64,000 nt of DNA from a virus (IMGVR_UViG_3300026549_000004:5916-69915); one strand, 5' to 3'; positions 8,692 through 18,495 are shown, counted from the stretch's first letter. Notes: generated by a model from the sequence alone, not told the origin. Numbers and translations are program-made.

Positions 8692-8805
8692 GCCAGCATG
8701 GTGTATTTCAAGCCGAGCGGTTGTGTGGCAGCCGACATTCCTTGCCTTTAGACGGGACAACTGCCATGACACTTGAAATAACAGGTTCGATTCCTGTAGC
8801 TGGCT
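8692..8805 (+). ncRNA. tRNA-like element (acceptor stem + T arm, long arm replacing D and anticodon arms)
   Basis: GCCAGC/GCTGGC; TATTTCAAG/CTTGAAATA; GTGGCAG/CTGCCAT; ACAGG-TTCGATT-CCTGT. Confidence 0.6.
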
Positions 8806-8874
8806 TGTAGGTTTTATCCTACTTGTTTTAATCTCCTTTGCATGGGGTGGGTATAACACCTGCCCCTATATATC

Positions 8875-8946
8875 AGGGGTGTAGCCAAATGGTAAGGCAC
8901 AGGATTTTGATTCCTGGTATTATGGGTTCGAATCCCATCATCCTTG
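8875..8946 (+). tRNA. tRNA-Gln(TTG), no encoded CCA
   Basis: AGGGGTG/CATCCTT; CAGGA-TTTTGAT-TCCTG; ATGGG-TTCGAAT-CCCAT. Confidence 0.92.
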
Positions 8947-8959
8947 CTTGGAGGGCAAT

Positions 8960-9103
8960 ATGGATTCTATAACGAAAAACCTCATGATTGACCTTGGTAA
9001 AAATGCCGAGAAGATCGCCAAATTACTGAAAAAAGGCGATGTTGAACTGCGAAAAGACGGTAATAAAATCAAGGTAATCGCAATTTCAAAGAAACAGATG
9101 TAG
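8960..9103 (+). CDS. Small basic protein (47 aa) preceding terL
   Basis: RBS GGAGGG, ATG, TAG. Confidence 0.6.
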   Translation: MDSITKNLMIDLGKNAEKIAKLLKKGDVELRKDGNKIKVIAISKKQM

Positions 9104-9169
9104 TGGTCTGCCTAATGTGTTGGCAGATGAACAAGTCGGGTGTGACTTTCTGAAGGGAGGGTTGCACCT

Positions 9170-10873
9170 TTGCTTTCTGAGCAAGAACAATTATTCGCAG
9201 ATGCATTTCAGCAGAAACTGTTGACTGAAGCTGATCCGATGGAATTGGATACAGGATTGATTCAGCAGTTTATCCTTTTTGGTCATCAGGTTATCCGGGA
9301 TAACTATGATAACCGTGGGCCGATCTTAACAATTTCAAATTATCTCAAGAGAAAATGTCAATATATCGTGTCCAATACGGACAAGAAGGGCAAACAGAAG
9401 ACTGCCGTGAAGACGATATGGGATCTCAGGCTTTTTGAGGCCCAGAATCGTCAGCTTGACAGTTATCTGCTATTCTTGGAGAAGAAAAGAGATCCGAAAG
9501 AGAAATTCTATCAGCCTAAAAGGAAACAGTTTTGGAAAACTGGCATAATTCCTGCTCTACAGGATATGCTTGATGATAAACTTGACTTGTTAACGATATC
9601 AATGCCTCCGGGAACTGGAAAGTCGACCATCAGCCGATTCTTTATAACAGGAGTCATTGGTTGGTTTCCGAATGAGTACAATTTGTTCTTCTCTCATTCA
9701 GACGGAATCACCAGAAAATATTATGACGATGCCCTAAAAATTGTTACTGATAGGTCCGAGTATGCTTGGCAACAGATCTTCCCGGATCTCAAGGTCAACC
9801 ACCAAAATGCCAAGGCACAGGAATTTAATGTCGGCAAAGAGAAGATTTTTAACTCTCTTCAATGCAGTACCAGGGGAAGTAATAACGCTGGTATGGTTCG
9901 TGCATCAAAGTATCTTCTTGTTGATGACATGATCGCAAAGATTGAAGAAGCACTAAACAAAACTACGTTAGACAAGTTGTGGGGAGTATATTCTACAGAC
10001 GCCCGACAAAGAAAGACTGTTGATGTAAACAAGAAACCATGCAAGGAAATCCACATCGCAACACGATGGTCAGTGCATGACATCATTGGACGGCTCCAAG
10101 TAATCTACGATGGTAATGAGCGGTGCCGATTCATTGCTATTCCTGACATTGATCCCGACACAGGTAAGTCGAACTTTGACTATGACTATCAGGGCTTCAC
10201 GACAGAGTTCTTTCACGACATTGAACTGACAATGGATGACATCTCTTACAGATGTCTTTATAAAAATTCGCCCATCGAAAGAGAGGGTCTTTTGTATCAT
10301 GAGGATGATTTACGGAGATTCTACTCTCTGCCGGATGGAGAACCTGATGCCATCATATCTGTCTGCGATACGAAGTCCAAGGGAATTGACTATATGGTTC
10401 TTCCTGTGTTGTATAAATATGGCGATGATTTCTATATGACTGATTGTGTTTGCGATGATAATTCTGACTTTGCGGTTCAGAAGAGAAAATTGACGGATAT
10501 TCTTGTCAATCACGGAGTTCAACAATGTGAATTCGAATCTAATGCCGGTGGAGATCGATTGGCTGCTGATGTTGCCGAAATGGTTAAGTCAGAAGGTGGT
10601 CGGTGCAACATTACCACCAAGGCTACCGAAACAAATAAAGAAACAAGAATTATCGTTAATTCCGATTGGATCAAGAAGCATGTGCTGTTTCGGTCAGAAG
10701 ACCAATACATGAAGAAGAGCGACTACGGAAGGTTTATGAATTTCCTGACAACATATACCGTAGCTGGAAAAAATTTACATGATGATGTTCCCGATTGCAT
10801 GGCGAACTTTGCACTGTTTGTTACTCGCAGTTTATATAGACGCAAGACAAGAATCATGAGAAGTCCGATATAA
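9170..10873 (+). CDS. terL: Terminase large subunit
   Basis: Walker A ISMPPGTGKST, Walker B LLVDD, nuclease VCDTKSKGIDY...HDDVPD. Confidence 0.93.
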   Translation: MLSEQEQLFADAFQQKLLTEADPMELDTGLIQQFILFGHQVIRDNYDNRGPILTISNYLKRKCQYIVSNTDKKGKQKTAVKTIWDLRLFEAQNRQLDSYLLFLEKKRDPKEKFYQPKRKQFWKTGIIPALQDMLDDKLDLLTISMPPGTGKSTISRFFITGVIGWFPNEYNLFFSHSDGITRKYYDDALKIVTDRSEYAWQQIFPDLKVNHQNAKAQEFNVGKEKIFNSLQCSTRGSNNAGMVRASKYLLVDDMIAKIEEALNKTTLDKLWGVYSTDARQRKTVDVNKKPCKEIHIATRWSVHDIIGRLQVIYDGNERCRFIAIPDIDPDTGKSNFDYDYQGFTTEFFHDIELTMDDISYRCLYKNSPIEREGLLYHEDDLRRFYSLPDGEPDAIISVCDTKSKGIDYMVLPVLYKYGDDFYMTDCVCDDNSDFAVQKRKLTDILVNHGVQQCEFESNAGGDRLAADVAEMVKSEGGRCNITTKATETNKETRIIVNSDWIKKHVLFRSEDQYMKKSDYGRFMNFLTTYTVAGKNLHDDVPDCMANFALFVTRSLYRRKTRIMRSPI

Positions 10874-10882
10874 GGAGAATAT

Positions 10883-11299
10883 ATGAATACAAAACGATAT
10901 CTGGAGCAGATTAAACGATGCGAAATCATGATCAAGAACAAGCAGGAAGAGCGAAAACGCATCATGGATATGGGCATCAGCACCACGGTTCCGACAGACA
11001 GAGAGAGAGTACAGACCTTCGGCACAAGTGATTTAACAGGAAAAGCCGGAACCGAATTGGCTCTTTTGTCTGAACAGATCGACTTTCTTGCCAACAGGAG
11101 AGCAAAGATTATCAGCCAGATTGACGGAATGGACGAACTTCAGCATTATGAGATCCTGACCTATCGGTATGTTCACCATATGTCGATTTTTGAACTGATG
11201 GATCATTTTGGTTATTCCGAGAGACATATTGAGAGATTGTTAAAGGCTGCTCACACTGCATTTGAGGAAAAATACCGTGGGCAGTGTGTTTTTGCCTAA
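10883..11299 (+). CDS. ArpU/RinA-like late transcriptional activator
   Basis: YLEQIK...ILTYRYV...GYSERHIERL C-terminal HTH. Confidence 0.75.
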   Translation: MNTKRYLEQIKRCEIMIKNKQEERKRIMDMGISTTVPTDRERVQTFGTSDLTGKAGTELALLSEQIDFLANRRAKIISQIDGMDELQHYEILTYRYVHHMSIFELMDHFGYSERHIERLLKAAHTAFEEKYRGQCVFA

Positions 11300-11302
11300 T
11301 AT

Positions 11303-11359
11303 TTGTCGGTAATTGTCGGAGATTGTCACTTGATAATTTTTAAAACTACAAAATATACT
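11303..11359 (+). promoter_or_regulatory. Putative activator-dependent late promoter
   Basis: TTGTCG/TTGTCG/TTGTCA at 11303, 11313, 11323 (10-bp period), then TTGATA-N18-TATACT. Confidence 0.6.
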
Positions 11360-11379
11360 AATATTGAAGTTATGTCCAT

Positions 11380-11410
11380 AGCTCCTGCTTTTCAGCAGGA
11401 GCTTTTTATT
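11380..11410 (+). terminator. Terminator-like hairpin
   Basis: AGCTCCTGCT/AGCAGGAGCT plus TTTTT. Confidence 0.7.
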
Positions 11411-11420
11411 TGGTAAAATT

Positions 11421-11600
11421 ATGGAAAAAATTGTCTGCCCAAAATGTGGCACTGAGTACAAACTGAAAACAGCTCACAAAGACCGCTCTGTCAAATGGAA
11501 GTGTGCAAGATGTGAAAACATTTTGCTCCACAGTGTTCAACAGGGAAAATCCTACCTGATACATGACCGTGAGACATCGAGTGGCGTTAGATTTTGGTGA
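11421..11600 (+). CDS. Zn-ribbon protein (59 aa)
   Basis: CPKC...CARC; stop overlaps the portal start. Confidence 0.65.
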   Translation: MEKIVCPKCGTEYKLKTAHKDRSVKWKCARCENILLHSVQQGKSYLIHDRETSSGVRFW

Positions 11601-13222
11601 TTACCATGGAAATGTACGGAAGAAGCATCGTCTGGACGGATGTGCCAGAGGTGACAAGCGAAAATATCATAGACGTTCTGACCAAGGCTTTCCCTGTGCA
11701 TCTGAAGAATTTTAGAGACATCAAATTCCTTGATGAGTATGAGAAGGGCAAACAGCCGTTACAGAGGAAAGAACCGAAGTCATACAGGCCAGACATCGAT
11801 TTTGAAACGGTGGACAATGTGGCTGCAGAAGCCACGGAGTTTAACACAAGCTATCGATGGGGAAATCCGATCACGTTGATCCAGAGGGGAGAGATTGATG
11901 CCGGTGAAGGGAAAAACGAGTCTCCTGATGTAGCCTTGCTGAACGAGTGCTACGATGCGGAAGATATCAATTCAAAGAACCAGGAACTGGGCAGATGGGT
12001 TGAAATCTGCGGAGTTGGATACACATTTGTTGATATTAATTCGGAGTACGAAGATGGGGACAGCTACTTTACGGTAGATATCCTTGATCCGAAGTATGCA
12101 TTTCTGATTCGCTCCAACTACTATGTGGATCACAGACCGATGGTTGGTGTATCTTTCCGAATTGATGATAATGGACTGCGACATATCACTGCCTTTACGA
12201 AGTATCAGAGGTTCGAAATTGAAGAATCCAAAATTATTAACGGAAAATCCGTAGATAATTCTGAGATGCATCATGGTAATCGCAGTGGGGAAACTAATCC
12301 TCTTGGCATTATTCCGATTGTTGAGTACATAAGGTCTTATGATCGAACTGGATGCTTTGAACGGCAAATCGCAGAGATGGACGCATTGAACCTTCTGGAA
12401 TCCAATGTGTTGAATCAGGTGGATCAGCAGACACAGGTTGTATGGCACACCAACGATGTTGACTTCCCTGTGGAAGAGGTCGAAGTTCAGAACGAAGACG
12501 GAACTACCACTGTTGAAGAACGTGTAGTTAAACCAGAGAGTAACGACTGGCTTCAGACTTATACAACCCCTGACGGTAAACAGCCGTTCATCAGACCGTT
12601 AGCCATGGAGTATAACTATCAGGGCATTCTTGAAAACATCATGAGTAAGAGATCCCTGATTCTTCAGAAATGTGGTGTTCCTGAGAGAAATTCTGCCAAT
12701 GGCGGTTCGACCGGGGTTGCCATGAGTGATGCCACAGGATGGTCAGCTGCGGAATCTTCAGCCAATAAACAGCAGTTGATTACCGAGTCTGCAAAGATGC
12801 AGGAAGTCAAAGTGGTTCTCAGAGCCATTAAGAAATCTGCGGATGTTCCGGCAGACAGTCCACTTCTGAATCTGAAGTACAGAGACATCCGTCCGAATGT
12901 GAAGAGGAACCGTTCGTTTGATCTGATTACAAAGTCCAATGCTCTTGCAACTCTGCTGAGTCATGGAGTAAACGGTCTTCATGCATTCAAGACGGTTAAC
13001 CTGTTTGAGGACAATACGCAGGTATGGGTTGATTCTGAGGAAATGATTACAAAGTATCAAAAGAAACTTTTTGAAGAAGAAAAACAGGAGTCTTCCGGGA
13101 AGAACGAAGCAGAAAAGATTCCCGACAGAACAGCGTCGGATATCAGTGATCAGAAAGATGAATCCCCTGTAGTTGATGGCAACAACCAAATCAATTACTC
13201 CGAAAAGAATCGTAAGGGGTGA
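11594..13222 (+). CDS. Portal protein, SPP1 gp6-like
   Basis: Size and position; PIVEY, ANGGSTGVAM motifs. Confidence 0.9.
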   Translation: MVITMEMYGRSIVWTDVPEVTSENIIDVLTKAFPVHLKNFRDIKFLDEYEKGKQPLQRKEPKSYRPDIDFETVDNVAAEATEFNTSYRWGNPITLIQRGEIDAGEGKNESPDVALLNECYDAEDINSKNQELGRWVEICGVGYTFVDINSEYEDGDSYFTVDILDPKYAFLIRSNYYVDHRPMVGVSFRIDDNGLRHITAFTKYQRFEIEESKIINGKSVDNSEMHHGNRSGETNPLGIIPIVEYIRSYDRTGCFERQIAEMDALNLLESNVLNQVDQQTQVVWHTNDVDFPVEEVEVQNEDGTTTVEERVVKPESNDWLQTYTTPDGKQPFIRPLAMEYNYQGILENIMSKRSLILQKCGVPERNSANGGSTGVAMSDATGWSAAESSANKQQLITESAKMQEVKVVLRAIKKSADVPADSPLLNLKYRDIRPNVKRNRSFDLITKSNALATLLSHGVNGLHAFKTVNLFEDNTQVWVDSEEMITKYQKKLFEEEKQESSGKNEAEKIPDRTASDISDQKDESPVVDGNNQINYSEKNRKG

Positions 13223-13226
13223 TTAG

Positions 13227-13934
13227 ATGCCTACTTTACAGACATTTGATGAGTTGAATTCTCTTCAGAAAAAGGGAATGGACATCAGCACATGGTCTAT
13301 CCCAATCAACCAGTATTTCAATGAAATGAAGCTGACAAGAGATCAGAAAAGAGAACGAATAGCACTTGCGGAAGATATAGAAGATGCAGTGCTATTCTTT
13401 TTCTCTCTTGTTTTATTACAAAGCCAATATTCTTATCTCGCCGCCATGGATTCTGCCGAAGCAAAAGAAGAGTTTCGACAGAAAATCACGGATGCTGTTG
13501 CAAAGCATACAGAAATCAACGATGACGTGCGATATGAGATTAACCAATATGTCGAAGATGTAACCGACACCACAACGGAGCATTTGATTATCCTCAATGC
13601 TCTTACAGAGGATGCCGAAGAGGAACAACGGCAGAAGGAACGGCATTACATATCCGAAGACAGGGCAAGACTTCTGGCTGAAGAAGAGTCCAATACATTG
13701 TTTAACTGTTCTGACTTTTATAAGGCCAGAGAGTTAGGATACCAATACAAGACATGGATCACTATGAGAGACAGCCGTGTGAGAGAAACTCATGCGAGAG
13801 TGGATGATAAGACGATTCCTATCAATGATTATTTCCTGGTTGGAAATTCAATCATGTTGTATCCACGACAGCCCGGAGCATCCGCAAAGGAAACTGTCGG
13901 ATGCAGATGTAGTTTGAAATATACAAAACAATAA
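13227..13934 (+). CDS. Minor head protein (SPP1 gp7/Mu F-like)
   Basis: KTWITMRDSRVRETHARVD...CRC. Confidence 0.85.
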   Translation: MPTLQTFDELNSLQKKGMDISTWSIPINQYFNEMKLTRDQKRERIALAEDIEDAVLFFFSLVLLQSQYSYLAAMDSAEAKEEFRQKITDAVAKHTEINDDVRYEINQYVEDVTDTTTEHLIILNALTEDAEEEQRQKERHYISEDRARLLAEEESNTLFNCSDFYKARELGYQYKTWITMRDSRVRETHARVDDKTIPINDYFLVGNSIMLYPRQPGASAKETVGCRCSLKYTKQ

Positions 13935-13941
13935 CAAATCA

Positions 13942-13965
13942 GAGCCACTTCGGTGGCTCTTTTTT
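13942..13965 (+). terminator. Intrinsic terminator
   Basis: GAGCCAC-TTCG-GTGGCTC plus T-run. Confidence 0.8.
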
Positions 13966-14076
13966 ATATGGTGCGGAGATGTCACCTAAAAAAGCCCACG
14001 CAGTCACAGAAGACTGAGAAACAAAAAAGCCAAATCTTGGTCAGACAAGACCTAAAAATCGGAAAGGAAAAACACT

Positions 14077-14706
14077 ATGGCAGAAGTAAACATCAACACG
14101 AATGAGCCGAATACCGATCCGGCACAGAACCAGACCGAACCTGTTAACCAGACAGCCAACGAAACTGACAACAACGAGTCTGCAAATGATCCGCAGGACG
14201 TTGCCGAACTTGTGAAGCGGATAGCAGAGCTGGAAGTAACCAATAAGCGTTACAAGGCATCAATTGACAAAAGCCGAAGCGAAAACAAGAAACTCACTGA
14301 ACAGCTACGGGCGAGGATGTCTGTTGACGAACAGGCAGAGATTGACAGGAAAGAAGCCGAGGAAGAACAGAAAGAATACATCAAGTCCTTGGAAAATTTC
14401 GTAAACGTAGCAAAGGCCCGTGCAAGGTACGCACTTCAGGGGATGGACCCGGAAATGGCTGAACAGGCAGCTGAAGCCGAAATCAGTGGGGACATGGATG
14501 CGTTGGCATCTATTCAGAAGAAGTACACAGAACAGGCATTGAAAAAGGCTGAAGCCGAGTGGATCAAATCTCGTCCACAGGTCAGTGCAGGTGGAAATGG
14601 TTCTGTGAATGTGACACAGGAGCAGTTTAATGCGATGGGCATACAGGAAAGAACAAAGCTCTTCCGTGAACATCCTGATGTTTACAATGCACTGCTCAAG
14701 AAATAA
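14077..14706 (+). CDS. Capsid scaffolding protein
   Basis: Acidic N-terminus, coiled coil, immediately before the major capsid gene. Confidence 0.8.
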   Translation: MAEVNINTNEPNTDPAQNQTEPVNQTANETDNNESANDPQDVAELVKRIAELEVTNKRYKASIDKSRSENKKLTEQLRARMSVDEQAEIDRKEAEEEQKEYIKSLENFVNVAKARARYALQGMDPEMAEQAAEAEISGDMDALASIQKKYTEQALKKAEAEWIKSRPQVSAGGNGSVNVTQEQFNAMGIQERTKLFREHPDVYNALLKK

Positions 14707-14727
14707 TAACAAGAAAGGAATGATATT

Positions 14728-15702
14728 ATGCCAGCAACACAGAATGCTACACTGCTCAGGGATCTCGCTGATCCCCAGGTTATTGCAGACTATATCGAAC
14801 TTAAGTACACAGATGCCATCAGATTGAGTCCGTTAGCACGAATCGACAATACACTGGTTGGAAGACCCGGTGATGAAGTGACCATGCCCCAATACACCTA
14901 CGTTGGTGCCGGAGCTTCTGTTGCAGAAGGAACTGACATTCCGATTGCAAAGCTGGGACAGACCACAAGAAAAGTAAAAATCTACAAGATTGGTCGTGCT
15001 ATCGAGTTCTCCGATGAAGCACTGCTTTCCGGTTATGACAACGACATCGCTACCGAAGCAGCTAATCAGGTTCTTACCGCTATTGCTGACAAGGTAGAGA
15101 TCGACCTGCTTACTAAGATGGGTGACGATGCTACACTTACTTCCACCATCGCAGCCAGTGCTGATGCATCTGACGGTATCGCAGATGCCCTTACTCAGTT
15201 TGGCGAAGATATTGATGGTGAGAAGGTTATTGTTATCCCTCCGGCTCTCTATGCTCGTCTTAGAAAGACTAAGGCGTGGATTCCGAATACTGAGATTGGT
15301 GCTAATGCCATCATCCGAGGAACCATTGGTATGATCCACGGATGTCAGGTTGTAACTTCCAACAGACTTGCATCCGCTCCTACAGGAACATTTGCCAAGA
15401 CTTCTGATAGTTCTGTGTCTACATCCAAGACCTATTACATGAAGGACGTTGATGGCAGATATGTGCCTGTTCCGAACCCTGTAGATACCGGTCTTGATGA
15501 CTACTATGAGAGAACAGGTGCTACCGGTTCCGTGGCTTACATCGTTAAGCCTGGTGCTTTAGCCATCTACTCCAAGAGAGATACCATGGTTGAGTTCGAC
15601 CGTGACAAGATTTCTCAGATGAACTACATTATCGGATCTAAGATGTTCGCTCCGTACGTCTATGACCTGTCCAAACTCATCAAGGTTACGATCGCATCCT
15701 AA
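14728..15702 (+). CDS. Major capsid protein (HK97 fold)
   Basis: TLVGRPGDEVTMPQY, GTIGMIHGCQVV; internal TSD..KTYY..YYE insertion. Confidence 0.92.
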   Translation: MPATQNATLLRDLADPQVIADYIELKYTDAIRLSPLARIDNTLVGRPGDEVTMPQYTYVGAGASVAEGTDIPIAKLGQTTRKVKIYKIGRAIEFSDEALLSGYDNDIATEAANQVLTAIADKVEIDLLTKMGDDATLTSTIAASADASDGIADALTQFGEDIDGEKVIVIPPALYARLRKTKAWIPNTEIGANAIIRGTIGMIHGCQVVTSNRLASAPTGTFAKTSDSSVSTSKTYYMKDVDGRYVPVPNPVDTGLDDYYERTGATGSVAYIVKPGALAIYSKRDTMVEFDRDKISQMNYIIGSKMFAPYVYDLSKLIKVTIAS

Positions 15703-15845
15703 TGAGTATGATGATTCACAGGGCTGTGAAGCGGATCAATGAAGCAACACAGCCCAAAGAAGTTAATAAGCCGTCCGAGAAAGCAGAAGGTGCTGAAAAC
15801 GGAGCAGGCACTACTGCAAAGAAGGGCAGGAAAGCCAAAAGGTGA
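15702..15845 (+). CDS. Small basic protein (47 aa)
   Basis: ATG overlaps the capsid stop (TAATG). Confidence 0.55.
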   Translation: MSMMIHRAVKRINEATQPKEVNKPSEKAEGAENGAGTTAKKGRKAKR

Positions 15846-15850
15846 TGTGA

Positions 15851-16189
15851 ATGACGATTGACGAACTGAAAGAATCAATCACTGAAGGGCTGACGGTTGA
15901 GTTGGAAGGTGATCCTGATTTCTCCGAGGAAATTCTTGAGGAGAAGGTTAACAATGCGGTGAATGAAGTTATCTTGGCAAGACGTTATAAGATGGCGAAG
16001 TATTCTGATGAACAGATTAAAGCCGACATTGAAAACTATAGATCCAACATCCGAGATATTGCCCTTTACGATTACAATCAGTCCGGCATGGATTTCCAAA
16101 GCAATCATCAGGAGAACGGAATTAATCGCTCTTACACAAGCAGACACAGGCTGTTTTACGGCATTGTGCCGCTTACAAGGCTGGTTTAG
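15851..16189 (+). CDS. Head-tail connector (adaptor)
   Basis: ALYDYNQSG...ENGINRSY adaptor motif. Confidence 0.8.
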   Translation: MTIDELKESITEGLTVELEGDPDFSEEILEEKVNNAVNEVILARRYKMAKYSDEQIKADIENYRSNIRDIALYDYNQSGMDFQSNHQENGINRSYTSRHRLFYGIVPLTRLV

Positions 16190-16272
16190 CCGTAAGTGCT
16201 TGCCTAATGGCGAAGGGTTGCCACATTATTTGGTGGTGGGCTGTGGCATATATAAAGCAGACAGGAGGACTT

Positions 16273-16575
16273 ATGTCGTTGGAAGTGTTGGCTATTGCGA
16301 TAAGTTTTGTGTCCTTCTGCTTTGCGGTCTGGATCGGCCTTAAAGGTGATAAACGGACTGATACGAAGGACATTGAGGAACGGGCGAAAGAAAATGCGAA
16401 GATCAATTTCAAACTTGATGAAATATCAGGAACAACGAGAGAGATCAAGCAGGACATATCGTCCATGAATGATGACATCAAGCATCATAATGATAGAATT
16501 ATCGAACTGGAATCGTCCGTTAAGCAAGCACATAAGCGGATCGATTCTGTTGAAAACCGCATCGATGGAAAGTAG
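16273..16575 (+). CDS. Membrane-anchored coiled-coil protein (XhlA-like)
   Basis: RBS AGGAGG; N-terminal TM then coiled coil ending SAHKRID-like. Confidence 0.7.
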   Translation: MSLEVLAIAISFVSFCFAVWIGLKGDKRTDTKDIEERAKENAKINFKLDEISGTTREIKQDISSMNDDIKHHNDRIIELESSVKQAHKRIDSVENRIDGK

Positions 16576-16579
16576 GTGA

Positions 16580-17053
16580 TTGCCTATGATGACATCGAGG
16601 AAAAACAAGCAGAAACTTCTTTACAGTTTACAGGGCGATACGATACCTGTGTACGAAACTGACGATGAAGGAGAAGTTGTTTACGAAGAGATTGACGGGG
16701 AGCAGATTCCGGTAGAAACAGGCGATAGCTTTACTGGATATCAGACACCCGTCCCTTTTTATGGCAATCTTTCTTTCTATACGGGGTGGAACTATCCGGG
16801 TGTGTGGGGTGTTACGCTGAACAACGCTGATGCCATACTGCTGATGGATAAAAACGAACTTCCGATTGATGAAACCAGTCGGATCTGGTTCAAATCCACT
16901 CCTGTTCAGAAAACGGTACAGGTCTATGACGAAGACGAGAAGAAGATGGTTGAAAAGACCGTCATAGATGCTGATTCGGCAGACTTTTCCGTGTCAAGGA
17001 TCATTCCAAGCATCAACTGCGTGAGATATGTGCTGAAAGGTATTGAGAAATGA
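16580..17053 (+). CDS. Head closure protein
   Basis: Position in the neck module. Confidence 0.6.
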   Translation: MPMMTSRKNKQKLLYSLQGDTIPVYETDDEGEVVYEEIDGEQIPVETGDSFTGYQTPVPFYGNLSFYTGWNYPGVWGVTLNNADAILLMDKNELPIDETSRIWFKSTPVQKTVQVYDEDEKKMVEKTVIDADSADFSVSRIIPSINCVRYVLKGIEK

Positions 17054-17559
17054 AGCTGCAGATTAGCCTTTCAAAACCATCTATACAAAAGGCTCTTAAT
17101 CAGGCAAGAGAATATCAGCGAAAACTTAACGATAAGAACAGGCTGTTTGTAAAACGGCTTGCCGAATCTGGCATTCCTGTGATTGATTCGAACATTGAAC
17201 GGGCAGACGGTGACAGTGATAAGTATCATGATACCAAGATTATTCTGCATTCGTATGGCGATTATTCACAGGCAACACTTCAAGTCAGTGGCAAAGACAT
17301 CCTGTTTATTGAGTTTGGAGCAGGTATTCATTACAACAATTCTCCAATTCCTCACGCAGATAAATTTGGCTATGGCATAGGTACATATAATCCGGGTTCT
17401 GATAATGCATTTAACCCTGATGGATGGTGGTACAAGGATGATTCTGGAGCATCTCAGCATTCCTATGGTACTGAAGCCACCATGCCGATGCTGAAAGCCA
17501 GTAACGAGATAATCAACAACATTCGTAGGATTGCGAGGGAAGTATATGGCAGTAACTAA
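17050..17559 (+). CDS. Neck/tail completion protein (HK97 gp10-like)
   Basis: ILFIEFGAG motif. Confidence 0.7.
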   Translation: MKLQISLSKPSIQKALNQAREYQRKLNDKNRLFVKRLAESGIPVIDSNIERADGDSDKYHDTKIILHSYGDYSQATLQVSGKDILFIEFGAGIHYNNSPIPHADKFGYGIGTYNPGSDNAFNPDGWWYKDDSGASQHSYGTEATMPMLKASNEIINNIRRIAREVYGSN

Positions 17560-17959
17560 ACCATGGTGGGCAGAACTTGAATCAAGGCTGTTTACCCTGT
17601 ACAAGTCCAGAATGGGCAAGGCTCTCAAAGAGAAGTTTCCGAAACTGTACTGTACGGCTTCTCCCATGACGAAAGCTGCTTCGCAATTTCCTACGGCATA
17701 CTTCCGTATGGTCGATTGGATTGAACAGGGAAATGACCTTGAAAACACGGATGTCAATGCAATCTTGGCAACCGTGCAGGTGGATGTGATCGCCAATACA
17801 TCACTAAATGATTGTAAAGAAGTGGTTTACGAAACAACAAATATTATGAAATCGCTGAGTTTCAGCATTATTGGAATGCCTGTTTACTCAGCTCAAAATA
17901 ACTTATATGTAGGTGTTATTCGCTTCCGCAGGATGATTGGTGGGAGCGATTCTTTTTAG
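17546..17959 (+). CDS. Tail terminator protein
   Basis: Position before the major tail gene; SQFPTAY...QVDV. Confidence 0.65.
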   Translation: MAVTKPWWAELESRLFTLYKSRMGKALKEKFPKLYCTASPMTKAASQFPTAYFRMVDWIEQGNDLENTDVNAILATVQVDVIANTSLNDCKEVVYETTNIMKSLSFSIIGMPVYSAQNNLYVGVIRFRRMIGGSDSF

Positions 17960-17978
17960 TTAGAAAGGAGTGCTAATT

Positions 17979-18434
17979 ATGGCAGTACCTGGAGTAAGTT
18001 CTCTAAAAATGGAATTAGGAATGGGTGCATGGTCTGCAAGTGATAAAGGCCCGGCAAATGCCTTTACCAAGATGGGCAGAATCAATGCTATCGGTGGTAT
18101 TGAACTTTCTCAGGAGAATATCGATGCATCCGCAATTTCTGATGATGTATCTCAGTATGTTGCCGGTCGTGCCGACACAGGCGGTGAGTGGACAATCACG
18201 GTCAACGTAACAGATGAAACAATTACTGAGTGGGAGGCTATTGCCGGAACCACCAAATGGTTTGAGGTATACCATCCCAATCTTACAAAGGCATGGTTCG
18301 TAGCTGCACAGGTTCCGGGCAAGATTCCTGTACCTGAGATCGGACAGAACGAACTTCTGACGATGGAAATCAGCCTTACCGTACAGACACTGCATGGAAC
18401 GGCTACCAAAGTCACACCGACCGATCCGACATAA
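17979..18434 (+). CDS. Major tail tube protein
   Basis: ENIDASAISD...YVAGRADTGG; followed by a terminator. Confidence 0.85.
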   Translation: MAVPGVSSLKMELGMGAWSASDKGPANAFTKMGRINAIGGIELSQENIDASAISDDVSQYVAGRADTGGEWTITVNVTDETITEWEAIAGTTKWFEVYHPNLTKAWFVAAQVPGKIPVPEIGQNELLTMEISLTVQTLHGTATKVTPTDPT

Positions 18435-18449
18435 TAAGTTTTGTTGATC

Positions 18450-18495
18450 AGGGGGAGGGCCATCCTTCGGGGTGGCCCTTTCCCTTGTTTTTTTT
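18450..18495 (+). terminator. Intrinsic terminator after the major tail gene
   Basis: AGGGCCATCC-TTCG-GGGTGGCCCT stem plus long T-run. Confidence 0.8.

Noticed and set aside
8144-8805. tmRNA or RNase P RNA
   Set aside because: No GGGGNUG 5' end, G:U alanine acceptor or tag frame, and no complete RNase P P4 signature; only T-loop modules are shared.
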